The position numbers were made by a program, and so were the translations under genes. A stretch of 64,000 nt of DNA from Eledone cirrhosa (lineage: Eukaryota): positions 320,602,001-320,666,000 of the forward strand of contig OZ024741.1 in the NCBI GenBank assembly GCA_964016885.1. Reading direction: 5' to 3'. This document shows positions 13,270 through 28,330 of the stretch, in pieces. Within the stretch, counting starts at the first letter, position 1. Each line of letters opens with the position of its first letter. The notes under the pieces are model-generated. The model was given only the letters and a program-made list of their open reading frames with translations, searched no databases and was not told the DNA's origin.

Positions 13270-16200
13270 CCGACGCCATCACGACTACCACCAACATCAC
13301 TACTACAACCATCACGACTACCACCAACATCACTACTACAACCATCACGACTACCACCAACATCACCACTACAACCACCACCACCAACATCATCACTACA
13401 ACCATCACGACTACCACCAACATCACTACTACAACCATCACGACTACCACCAACATCACCACTACAACCATCACGACTACCACCAACATCACTACTACAA
13501 CCATCACGACTACCACCAACATCACTACTACAACCATCAGGACTACCACCAACATCACCACTACAACCATCACGACTACCACCAACATCACTACTACAAC
13601 CATCACGACTACCACCAACATCACTACTTCAACCATCACGACTACCACCAACATCACCACTACAACCATCACGACTACCACCAACATCACTACTACAACC
13701 ATCACGACTACCACCAACATCACCACTACAACCATCACGACTACCACCAACATCAATACTACAACCATCACGACTACCACCAACATCACTACTAGAACCA
13801 TCACGACTACCACCAACATCACCACTACAACCATCAGGACTACCACCAACATCACTACTACAACCATCACGACTACCACCAACATCACCACTACAACCAT
13901 CACGACTACCACCAACATCAATACTACAACCATCACGACTACCACCAACATCACTACTAGAACCACCACGACTACCACCAACATCACCACTACAACCATC
14001 AGGACTACCACCAACATCACTACTACAACCATCACGACTACCACCAACATCACTACTAGAACCATTACGACTACCACCAACATCACTACTACAACCATCA
14101 GGACTACCACCAACATCACTACTACAACCATCAGGACTACCACCAACATCACCACTACAACCATCACGACTACCACCAACATCACCACTACAACCATCAG
14201 GACTACCACCAACATCACCACTACAACCATCAGGACTACCACCAACATCACCACTACAACCATCACGACTACCACCAACATCACTACTACAACCATCAGG
14301 ACTACCACCAACATCACCACTACAACCATCACGACTACCACCAACATCACCACTACAACCATCACGACTACCACCAACATCACTACTACAACCATCACGA
14401 CTACCACCAACATCACTACTACAACCATCAGGACTACCACCAACATCACCACTACAACCATCACGACTACCACCAACATCACTACTACAACCATCACGAC
14501 TACCACCAACATCACTACTTCAACCATCACGACTACCACCAACATCACCACTACAACCATCACGACTACCACCAACATCACTACTACAACCATCACGACT
14601 ACCACCAACATCACCACTACAACCATCACGACTACCACCAACATCAATACTACAACCATCACGACTACCACCAACATCACTACTAGAACCATCACGACTA
14701 CCACCAACATCACCACTACAACCATCAGGACTACCACCAACATCACTACTACAACCATCACGACTACCACCAACATCACCACTACAACCATCACGACTAC
14801 CACCAACATCAATACTACAACCATCACGACTACCACCAACATCACTACTAGAACCACCACGACTACCACCAACATCACCACTACAACCATCAGGACTACC
14901 ACCAACATCACTACTACAACCATCACGACTACCACCAACATCACTACTAGAACCATTACGACTACCACCAACATCACTACTACAACCATCAGGACTACCA
15001 CCAACATCACTACTACAACCATCAGGACTACCACCAACATCACCACTACAACCATCACGACTACCACCAACATCACCACTACAACCATCAGGACTACCAC
15101 CAACATCACCACTACAACCATCAGGACTACCACCAACATCACCACTACAACCATCACGACTACCACCAACATCACTACTACAACCATCAGGACTACCACC
15201 AACATCACCACTACAACCATCACGACTACCACCAACATCACCACTAAAACCATCACGACTACCACCAACATCACCACTACAACCATCAGGACTACCACCA
15301 ACATCACCACTACAACCACCACCACCAACATCACCACTACAACCATCACGACTACCACCAACATCACTACTACAACCATCAGGACTACCACCAACATCAC
15401 CACTACAACTATCACGACTACCACCAACATCACTACTACAACCATCACGACTACCACCAACATCACCACTACAACCATCACGACTACCACCAACATCACC
15501 ACTACAACCATCAGGACTACCACCAACATCACCACTACAAACATCACGACTACCACCAACATCACTACTACAACCATCAGGACTACCACCAACATCACCA
15601 CTACAACTATCACGGCTACCACCAACATCACTACTTCAACCATCACGACTACCACCAACATCACCACTACAACCATTAGGACTACCACCAACATCACCAC
15701 TACAACCACCACGACTACCACCAACATCACTACTACAACCATCGCGACTACCACCAACATCACTACTTCAACCATCACGACTACCACAAACATCACTACT
15801 TCAACCATCACGACTACCACCAACATCACCACTACAACCATTAGGACTACCACCAACATCACCACTACAACCACCACGACTACCACCAACATCACCACTA
15901 CAACCATCGCGACTACCACCAACATCACCACTACAACCATCAGGACTACCACCAACATCACCACTACAACCATCACGACTACCACCAACATCACTACTAC
16001 AACCATCACGACTACCACCAACATCACCACTACAACCATCACGACTACCACCAACATCACTACTACAACCATCACGACTACCACCAACATCACCACTACA
16101 ACCATCAGGACTACCACCAACATCACGACTACCACCAACATCACTACTACAACCATCACCACTACCACCAACATCACCACTACAACCATCACGACTACCA

Positions 16201-18830
16201 CCAACATCACCACTACAACAATCACGACTACCACCAACATCACTACTACAACCACCACGACTACCACCAACATCACTACTACAACCATCACGACTATCAC
16301 CAACATCACTACTACAACCATCACGACTACCACCAACATCACCACTACAACCACCACGACTACCACCAACATCACTACTACAACCATCACGACTACCACC
16401 AACATCACCACTACAACCACCACGACTACCACCAACATCACTACTACAACCATCACGACTACCACCAACATCACCACTACAACCATCACGACTACCACCA
16501 ACATCACCACTACAACCATCACGACTACCACCAACATCACCACTACAACCATCACGACTACCACCAACATCACCACTACAACCACCACGACTACCACCAA
16601 CATCACTACTACAACCATCACGACTACCACCAACATCACCACTACAACCACCACGACTACCACCAACATCACTACTACAACCATCACGACTACCACCAAC
16701 ATCACCACTACAACCATCACGACTACCACCAACATCACCACTACAACCATCACGACTACCACCAACATCACCACTACAACCATCACGACTACCACCAACA
16801 TCACCACTACAACCATCACGACTACCACCAACATCACTACTACAACCATCACGACTACCACCAACATCACCACTACAACCATCAGGACTACCACCAACAT
16901 CACTACTACAACCATCACGACTACCACCAACATCACTACTACAACCATCACGACTACCACCAACATCACTACTACAACCATCACGACTACCACCAACATC
17001 ACTACTACAACCATCAGGACTACCACCAACATTACCACTACAACCATCACGACTACCACCAACAACACTACTACAGGCATCAGGACTACCTCCAACATCA
17101 CCACTACAACCATCACGACTACCACCAACATCACCACTACAACCATCACGACTACCACCAACATCACCACTACAACCATCACGACTACCACCAACATCAC
17201 CACTACAACCATCACGACTACCACCAACATCACCACTACAGCCATCACGACTACCACCAACATCACCACTACAACCATCACGACTACCACCAACATCACT
17301 ACTACAACCATCGCGACTACCACCAACAACACTACTACAACCATCAACGCCATCACGACTACCACCAACATCACTACTTCAACCATCACGACTACCACCA
17401 ACATCACCACTACAACCATCACGACTACCACCAACATCACCACTACAACCATCACGACTACCACCAACATCACCACTACAACCATCACGACTACCACCAA
17501 CATCACCACTACAACCATCACGAATACCACCAACATCACCACTACAACCATCAGGACTACCAGCAACATCACCACTACAACCATCACGACTACCACCAAC
17601 ATCACTACTACAACCATCAGGACTACCTCCAACATCACCACTACAACCATCACGACTACCACCAACATCACTACTACAACCATCACGACTACCACCAACA
17701 TCACCACTACAACCATCACGACTACCACCAACATCACCACTACAACCATCACGACTACCACCAGCATCACTACTTCAACCATCACGACTACCACCAACAT
17801 CACCACTACAACCATCAGGACTACCACCAACATCACCACTACAACCATCACGACTACCACCAACATCACTACTACAACCATCACGACTACCACCAACATC
17901 ACCACTACAACCACCACGACTACCACCAACATCACCACTACAACCACCACGACTACCACCAACATCACTACTACAACCATCACGACTACCACCAACATCA
18001 CTACTACAACCATCACGACTACCACCAACATCACTACTACAACCATCACGACTACCACCAACATCACCACTACAACCACCACGACTACCACCAACATCAC
18101 CACTACAACCACCACGACTACCACCAACATCACTACTACAACCACCACGACTACCACCAACATCACTACTACAACCATCACGACTACCACCAACATCACT
18201 ACTACAACCATCACGACTACCACCAACATCACTACTACAACCATCACGACAACCACCAACATCACTACTACAACCATCACGACTACCACCAACATCACCA
18301 CTACAACCATCAGGACTACCACCAACATCACTACTACAACCATCACGACTACCACCAACATCACCACTACAGCCATCACGACTACCACCAACATCACCAC
18401 TACAACCATCACGACTACCACCAACATCACCACTACAACCATCACGACTACCACCAACATCACTACTACAACCATCACGACTACCACCAACATCACCACT
18501 ACAACCATCAGGACTACCACCAACATCATTACTACAACCATCACGACTACCACCAACATCACCACTACAACCATCACGACTACCACCAACATCACCACTA
18601 CAACCATCACGACGACCACCAACATCACTACTACAACCATCACGACTACCACCAACATCACCACTACAACCATCAGGACTACCACCAACATCACTACTAC
18701 AACCATCACGACTACCACCAACATCACCACTACAGCCACCACGACTACCACCAACATCACCACTACAACCATCACGACTACCACCAACATCACTACTACA
18801 ACCATCACGACTACCACCAACATCACTTCA
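13270..18830. repeat. 33-bp-unit minisatellite (~165 units)
   Basis: Unit ACCATCACGACTACCACCAACATCACTACTACA with recurrent variants. Confidence 0.95.
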
Positions 18831-19654
18831 ATTACTACCACAACTACTAGCAACACCGTTAAGGCTCTCAACACTACAACTGCAACCGACTCAACTCCTA
18901 CCATTACCACTACCAGCACTATCAATACTACCATCAACACCACCGAAACCACAAGCACAAACACTGTCACAAACACAAGCCAAACCAACGCCACCATTAC
19001 CAGAAACACCACTAACATCACCGCTGCCAAACACCACAGCTACCATGAACATTGCCACCATCTCCAACGTCCTTATTCCCATCAACACCGCCACTTTCAT
19101 CAATACTACAACTGTTATCATCTACCACCACTACCACCACCAACAGCAACATCACCTCTACGACTAACACCATGACATCCATTAACATAACAACTACCCT
19201 TACCATGCCACTATAAAAACAACCACCACAACCATTTAAAATACCAACACTAACATCAACATCATCATTCCTACCACGAACACCACAACTACACATCGTG
19301 TGTTTGCTTTGACGGATGAAAACCCACATCACTTCTTGAGGAGTCTTGCATTGTCTTTAATATGATGGAGGAGAAAGTAAAATTGGAAAATAAAATTCAT
19401 AAAATCTCTTTCAATCAACGAGGCACTAATTACAGCCATTGATAATGTTAACTTTTCTATTCTTCTTTTACGTAAGCCACTGAAATTTATGGAATATGTA
19501 GCTGATATTTCTAGCTTCTAGATTTCCCCGGTAGAAGCTGTCGGTTATTTTGGCTTTTATTCTGCACCAGGTCAGATGCGATCGATCAGAGATATCTCGC
19601 TTTTGATAATTTGTTATTGTATGTTTCCTTTATTTGATTATTATTATTACTATT

Positions 19655-20240
19655 ATTATTCCATAACTTTAATACTTCATTTGCATCTGGTATATTTCCG
19701 GATAAAATGAAAATAGCAAAATCCATGCCGCCTTTTAAATCGGGAGCAAAGTCAGAATAATTTTTAGCAGTCTTCTCGAAATTACTGGATAGACTCATAC
19801 ATTCTCCTCTTCGCTATTTCTTTGAAAACTTTTTTATTCTAAACAATTCAGTTTTCGAAAACATTCCTGTGTAGACTATGGCCTGATAAATCTTATTAAT
19901 CACATCACGACAGCTATGTCAAATAAACATGTTCCGTTTGGAGTTTTGATCGACCTCAGTAGAGCTTTCGATCCTATTGATCATACCATACTTCTGAAAA
20001 TAAAAATTGAAAATTATGGAGTTACTGGGAAACAACTATCATGGTCCGAAAGTTAATGATAGGCACTATCCAGTTCCACTTCTAAATGTTAGTAAGTTCG
20101 CCGATGATACAAATCATTTTTAGCCGGTAAAGACTACAGCACATTATTCAAAGAAATAAACAGCCAAATCACTTATATAAGCTTTCTCTGAACGTAGATT
20201 ATTATGTTCATTACCTAATCAAGATTAATCGGCCTTCAAT
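19655..20240 (+). pseudogene. Decayed CR1/L2-like LINE RT fragment
   Basis: Remnant motifs SGIFPDKMKIAK, IDLSRAFDPIDH, ENYGVTG, KFADDT; many disruptions. Confidence 0.7.
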
Positions 20241-20500
20241 AATTGATGATAAAATACGTGCGAAATATTGTTGCACTCATTTGAGTGTACATAAAAAAGA
20301 AACACATTTTTTTGGTGTAATGTATTCCTTAATATTTAGGAATAAGCCTAAATGTCAAAGGGTCGCCTTTCCTGAGTACAATGTATGGCACCATATTTAC
20401 AGTTTACAACAAAGATTTTTAAAAAGAACCTTATGCAAACAAGTGAAAATCAACATTTGCGGAGCAGAAGTATACGTGATGACTGTTTCAGAAACCAATA

Positions 20501-20709
20501 ATAATTGTTTTACTTTTGGCACAAGGCCAGGTGAAAGTGAAAGTCGATTAAACCGACTCAGTGTGTTACTCGTACTTTACTTTATTTACCCCGTAAGGAT
20601 GAATGGTGAAGCTATCTTTCAGTGCAATTTGGACTCAGAAGATAAAGAGCCATAACTATATTTCGCAAAGCATTTTGACCAACGCTCTACCGATCCTGCC
20701 AATCCACCG
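20501..20709 (-). mobile_element. SINE family A (diverged)
   Basis: Degenerate reverse complement of the consensus. Confidence 0.7.
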
Positions 20710-21186
20710 TTCTGTATATTACGCATGATTGTTGTATAGTAATGGAAGTAGTCCTATGTGTTTTGTAGGTGTGTTCCATAGCTATATATGTGGAATAAGA
20801 GGAGGAGGAGAAGGGGGAGGAGGAGGAGGAGAAGGAGGAGGAGGAGAAGAAGAAGAAGAAGAAGAAGAAGAAGAAGAAGAAGAAGAAGAAGAAGAAGACA
20901 ACTCACTTGATATTTTTTCAGCTGACTTTTCCCCGAAATTCTATTAAATATGTCCGTTATTTAGTTGTATTGACAGCCAGATCGATAGAGCCATCGAAGA
21001 TGGTTGTATTACAGTTGTTGGTGGTGTTGTTGATGATGGTGTTGATGATGGTGTTGTTGTGATGGTAGGAGATATTTTAGAATTATAAAGGTCAAGGAAA
21101 GTTCAGGGATTCAAGCGTTTTCACATGGAATTTGAGAGCTTGGTGATCGCCATAAATAATTATACTTGATTATTTTTCTGCACAAT

Positions 21187-21378
21187 GGCGGTGAATTGGC
21201 AATATCAGTAAAGGGTCGGAGGCCATGCTTTGCAGCATAGAGTTACGGCGCTTTACGGTCTGAGTTCAAATCCTGCCAAGGTTAATTTTGCCTTTCATCC
21301 TTACGGGGTCAATAAAATAAAATACAAGTAATGCACTGGGGTAATTGCTGGCCTTGTGCCAAAAATAGAAACAATTAT
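21187..21378 (+). mobile_element. SINE family A
   Basis: A/B boxes and core. Confidence 0.85.
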
Positions 21379-21385
21379 TTTTCAG

Positions 21386-21639
21386 CACAATCCCGGAATC
21401 ATTGATTGTCCTACAGTATCATTAGTTGCCTTGCCTATGTACAGAAGCAATCACCAACAGTTGGCTATGTTTGTAGCAGGAAATGCATCTGACTTTATTT
21501 ACTCCATTTACGGGCAAATTCCCGCTGATGATATTCCTACCAGTCCAAAGTTACATCATAACTAACTGTTAATAATCAATTTGTATCAAACAGAATTAAC
21601 AGTTTTCACAGCGTTGAAACCATGTAATCCGCATGTGAG
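21386..21639 (+). other. Possible exon-like segment (one in-frame stop)
   Basis: TTTTTCAG acceptor, GAG|GTAAGT donor; one frame open except TAA at 21563-21565. Confidence 0.2.
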
Positions 21640-21801
21640 GTAAGTATTCTAATATCTAAATTTAAAATTTCTAGATTGCCTTTATAGAGTGTGTTTGTGT
21701 ATTGCCGCTTTGGTGGTGTATCGAAATGAGTTTGTTCTAATTTCAAATTTTATTCCTGTTATTATGTCATTTTGCATAAAAGTATCGCACCGATCCGTAA
21801 A

Positions 21802-21854
<53 letters not shown>

Positions 21855-21859
<5 letters not shown>

Positions 21860-22061
21860 AACGAGTAGGACCCCGACGGCTGAGCTCAAGCCGTTTCGAC
21901 GGCTAATTCTGGACTCAGAATTCTGAGTCCAGAATTAGCCGTCGAAACGGCTTGAGCTCAGCCGTCGTGGTCCTACTCGTTCCTATTACCCACTCTACTA
22001 CCCTAAGTATTGAGTACTTTGGTGCGTTATGGTCCATCTAGTTCCTACCACATTTCCTTCG

Positions 22062-22064
<3 letters not shown>
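21855..22064 (+). mobile_element. Palindromic half-hammerhead element in (TA)n (family H, copy 1)
   Basis: 132-bp near-perfect palindrome 21855-21986 centred on GAATTC; helix II-GAAA-CGGCT(TGAGCTC)AGCCG-TC; tail shared with 41073-41269. Confidence 0.8.
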
Positions 22065-22096
<32 letters not shown>

Positions 22097-22104
<8 letters not shown>

Positions 22105-22890
22105 AATATATCTACTAACATAAGCGCACAGATGTACGCTAATGCCAGCAAATACACAGGTTATGTCATAGTACCTAGGTGGTTCAATGCAGGAGGATGC
22201 AGAACAATAATATAAAAGACGTAAAATAAGAAAATTTAAAAAAAAATTTTAAAGAATTAACTTACTTAAATTTTCACTCCAACTAATTAGTTTCTGCAAT
22301 GGGATAAAGACAGTTACGTAATGAACTGTTGAGAATTTCATTGCGTCATCAGGGAGGTCTATTCTCAGCCAAGTCTCCAGGCAATGCGCGGACACTGGGG
22401 ACTCATATAAAAATAATAATAATTCGGTAAATGGAACAGCTATCGAGGACTGGATTCCAGGCACTGAAAATTCTCACTGCCACTGGTCAAATGGCCGATT
22501 CTAAAGAATCAATCACGTGACACAGAGGCTAGTCAGTAAGAATGGGATGGTAAGATGACAGACGCCTACTAACACCCCCAAAAAAAAATTAGTAGTGGTT
22601 TGGGCAGGTTTGCTCGACAAATCAGTGATTTGGAGATAAATATAGATAATTTAATATATCTACTAACATAAGCGCACAGATGTACGCTAATGCCAGCAAA
22701 TACACAGGTTATGTCATAGTACCTAGGTGGTTCAATGCAGGAGGATGCAGAACAATAATATAAAAGACGTAAAATAAGAAATTTTTTTTTAAAATTTTAA
22801 AGAATTAACTTACTTACTTAAATTTTATTAAGTAAGTTAAGTAAGTAAGTTAATTCTTTAAAAAATTTTTTTAAATTTTCTTATTTTACG

Positions 22891-22900
<10 letters not shown>
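22097..22900 (-). mobile_element. Retrozyme-like element: 548-bp unit (~1.3 copies) plus inverted terminal fragment, in (TA)n
   Basis: 22101-22274 is repeated at 22649-22826; 22829-22900 is the reverse complement of the repeat end; internal hammerhead. Confidence 0.8.
22277..22356 (-). ncRNA. Type I hammerhead ribozyme with extended helix II
   Basis: Minus strand reads CTCC-CTGATGA-C-GCAATG...(ACAGTT/AACTGT hairpin)...CATTGC-A-GAAA-CTAATTAG-TT^GGAG. Confidence 0.75.
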
Positions 22901-22981
<81 letters not shown>

Positions 22982-22999
22982 AAGATTGAAGAATAACAG

Positions 23000-23482
23000 G
23001 AGTTATATGGTGGACCAGGTTGAAAGGACTGAAGACAGACACTTTTCTCTTCGGCCAATCCCTCATCAACTTCTTCAAGTTTCACCTGGAAAAGAAGGTG
23101 AAGGTTGAGAGAGGAGTGCTGCCCCCCAGTACATTTACTAAAAGGTGGATGAATGTGGCGAGAATGGCCCGTGTGAATGGGCCTACTCTGACCATACGCC
23201 TATAGGCTAGCTAATTTGAGGAGAGGGGGTGCTCTCACTGGGTGCCATAGAAGCGCAAGGTGGTACAAGATTGGTGGGGTACCTGAGTGACCCTGGGTCG
23301 TCGACCCCCTATAGGGGAGTTTATTTTGTTATATTTATGCATAGTTTATATTATATTTGTATATCTTCATTGTTAAATTAGTCTTGCCATTGTGCACTTT
23401 TACTCGACCTTATTGTAAACCCCCACTGTCCATGTCTTTGTATTGTCCCCTACATGTCGGCCCCTGTGGCCAATAAATGAAA

Positions 23483-23515
<33 letters not shown>
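23000..23515 (+). mobile_element. Tx1/L1-type LINE 3' fragment with (ATT)n tail
   Basis: WWTRLKGLKTDTFLFGQSLINFFKFHL matches the ORF2 end at ~50570; 3'UTR near-identical to 59197-59691. Confidence 0.9.
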
Positions 23516-23531
<16 letters not shown>

Positions 23532-23564
23532 TATATTATTATATGTATATATATTATATATAGT

Positions 23565-23601
<37 letters not shown>

Positions 23602-23669
23602 TTATTATATATATGTATATTATATATAGTTATATATATATATGTACTATATATATTATATATATATAT

Positions 23670-23745
<76 letters not shown>

Positions 23746-23754
23746 TATTTATAT

Positions 23755-23963
23755 ATAATAATAATAATAATAACAATAATAATACTAACAGCAACAATAA
23801 TAATAATAATAATAATGATGATTTCATTTATTTGCCACAAGGGCCGACATGTAGGGGACAATACAAAGACATGGACAGTGGGGGTTTACAATAAGGTCGA
23901 GTAAAAGTGCACAATGGCAAGACTAATTTAACAATGAAGATATACAAATATAATATAAACTAT
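23755..23963 (-). mobile_element. Tx1/L1-type LINE 3'UTR fragment, opposite orientation
   Basis: 23817-23963 is the reverse complement of 23341-23485; preceded by (AAT)n. Confidence 0.85.
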
Positions 23964-24000
23964 TATTATAATATAATATAAACTATTATAATATAATATA

Positions 24001-24719
24001 AACTATATTATTATAAGGTATCTATTTTTGAAGTTCTAGTTAACTTTATTTAGTTACCTACCTAGCTATGTGTGCTTACACACTTGTAAAAATTATCCCC
24101 TGTGATTGTTTCATATGTTTATTTATATGTTAATCAATTTCTAGTTGTTATAAAGTGCTTGAACCTATTCATTAGAATCTTGGAGCTTATTTTACGGGTG
24201 ATATGGCGCATGCCTTTCTGGCATGACACCCATAATTTTGATTTAGATTAAATTCATTTTGATTTATCTTAATTTTGGATATAGATATATAAATACGGCT
24301 CCTTAATTGTAGAGCTAACTCTGTTGAAAGGACTTGACTGCTGTTTCTAGTTGTCGATAACCCTATTCGCGCCACTGGGACGAAGCTGGTATGATGTGTG
24401 TATTTTTAGTAGATATAGAACGTGTTACTGGCCAGTCGCTGATTTGAACTTGATGCGTAAACACAGATGGCTGGACTTCTACCTTGTTGAAAATCCAAGT
24501 ACCGGCCTTCGTCGTTTACCATTCGATTAATTGGTGAAATATATTTCTTTAATGGAATATATACAGGGAAGAACTATATTATTATAAGGTATCTATTTTT
24601 GAAGTTCTAGTTAACTTTATTTAGTTACCTACCTAGTTATGTGTGCTTACACACTTGTAAAAATTATCCACTGTGATTGTTTCATATGTTTATTTATATG
24701 TTAATCAATTTCTAGTTGT

Positions 24720-24723
<4 letters not shown>
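24001..24723. repeat. 571-bp-period partial tandem repeat ending at (TA)n
   Basis: 24001-24152 is repeated at 24572-24723. Confidence 0.85.
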
Positions 24724-24745
<22 letters not shown>

Positions 24746-24750
<5 letters not shown>

Positions 24751-24930
24751 GTTTCTACATTAGGCACAAGGCCAGCAATAACCCAGTACATTACTGGTAC
24801 TTTATTGTATCGACCCCGTAAGTATGAAAGGCAAAGTTAACCACGGCGGGATTTGAACTCAGACTGTTAAGGGACGTAACTATGCTAGAAAGCATGGCGT
24901 CCAACCCTCTACCGATACTGCCAATTCAGC
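24746..24930 (-). mobile_element. SINE family A
   Basis: Reverse complement of the consensus. Confidence 0.85.
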
Positions 24931-25162
24931 TATATTTGCCATGCATGCACACAGATTCATGCATTTAAATATCTACATGCATATATTTGCGCGTCTTTAT
25001 TCTAACAGAACGCTTTTTTTGTAAATACTGAACTTTTTCGGAACACCAAAGACAACACATCAATCTGATTTTCATGTCTTGAACTTTCCAATTAAAACGG
25101 AAAACGAAAAGGTCTTGAAGTCAATAATCACCCATCCGCACACACCTATATATGTATATATG

Positions 25163-25324
<162 letters not shown>

Positions 25325-25372
25325 TGTATATATATATATATACATAAATATATATATATATATATGTGTGTG

Positions 25373-25427
<55 letters not shown>

Positions 25428-25468
25428 GTATATATATACATAAATATACATAGATATATATTTATATA

Positions 25469-25499
<31 letters not shown>

Positions 25500-25508
25500 G
25501 TACATATA

Positions 25509-25585
<77 letters not shown>

Positions 25586-26256
25586 ATATACATACATATA
25601 CACACACATTATGTGTGTGTATGTATTTGTGTTTGTGTTTGTGTGTATACATTTATATATCCACGTAGAGAGAATGTGCGACTGTGAGAGTTAGAGAAAT
25701 GTGTAAGGAATTCTGATAGATTGCTGTAAGTAAGGTTTGAGTTAATGAGATTGAAAGAGAACGGCATACAGGGAGTGAGATAGAGATAGAGAGTCGGGGG
25801 GGGGGGGTAGAATTAAATTGATTGCTTCCCTAAACTAAATGAACATGTCTTTCGCAGATGGAGAATGTTCGCAAAAACATTCAAAACAACGACGACGACA
25901 AGAAAACAAACAAGAAATACAAGAAGGACATGCGAATAACGATCCGGAGGAGTTCAATTAAAATTACTGGTAGTTGATATTTAGTCATGAAACATGATGA
26001 TAATTGTGATGGCGATGACAATGGTGATGGTGATTATGATGATGATGATGATGATGGTGATAATAATGGTGATGGTGATGATGATGATGATGATGAGAAG
26101 GATGAAGCGCAGGCTAGGAAGAGGATGTAGAGTGTACGGTGATGAGCGGAGAGCGACAACGGTGACGGTAAATTTAGTGATGGCATGATCACGTTTTTTC
26201 CGCAAACGTTTGCGACTTTGTGACGCTATGGCGTCACAAAGTCGCTATATATATAT

Positions 26257-27679
<1,423 letters not shown>

Positions 27680-27680
<1 letters not shown>

Positions 27681-27835
27681 AGACCATTATTTAAAAGATT
27701 ACTCGATACTTAGGATAATAGAGTGTGACTATATTGGAAAGAATCGGGGCCCCGACAGTTAAGCTTTTGTGTTGTTTCAACAGCTAGTTCCAGACTGCAA
27801 GTGCTCAGCCGTTGGGCCCCCGGCTCTTTCTAATA
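27680..27835 (-). mobile_element. Diverged family H palindromic element (copy 3)
   Basis: Aligns by eye with 41100-41212 (TACTC.ATACTT.AGG.TA.TAGAGTG...CCCCGACAG.T.AGC...GTTTC.AC.GCTA.TTC), followed by a short inverted arm. Confidence 0.6.
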
Positions 27836-27913
27836 CACATATATATCTAATATACATATATTTCTAATATACATATATATATATATAAATGAAAGGTATA
27901 GAAAGTATTGTAG

Positions 27914-27999
<86 letters not shown>

Positions 28000-28330
28000 A
28001 TACAGACACATACGTGTACGCATGCACATATGTACATACATATATTTCTACGAAGTATTCAGGAATGTAAAATATAAATTCTCTCAGTTAATCCGACACA
28101 GGAGTGGCGTGGCTATATAAATTCAGTTTCGAGGCAGTTTTCCAAAGCATTGCGATAATATAATGATTTCAAATGATTAAATAACCCAAGCAATGCATAA
28201 AAAGAACTAAAATGTAATGTTTTATTCGGGATTCTCAGAGTAAATTGATTTATTTCGACTTTATTTTATGTCTACGTTCATTTATACGAGCCACCACGAC
28301 TATTTTCAGTGAATTTCGAATCGTATACTG

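Noticed and set aside
13270-18830. 33-bp repeat as a CRISPR array
   Set aside because: Units are head-to-tail with no unique spacers, there are no cas genes, and the context is eukaryotic.
11068-19167. 2699-aa ORF and antisense 2281/742/360-aa ORFs as protein-coding genes
   Set aside because: They arise from stop-free 48-bp and 33-bp minisatellite units that are open in several frames on both strands; no non-repetitive domain is present, and the mucin-like frame is interrupted.
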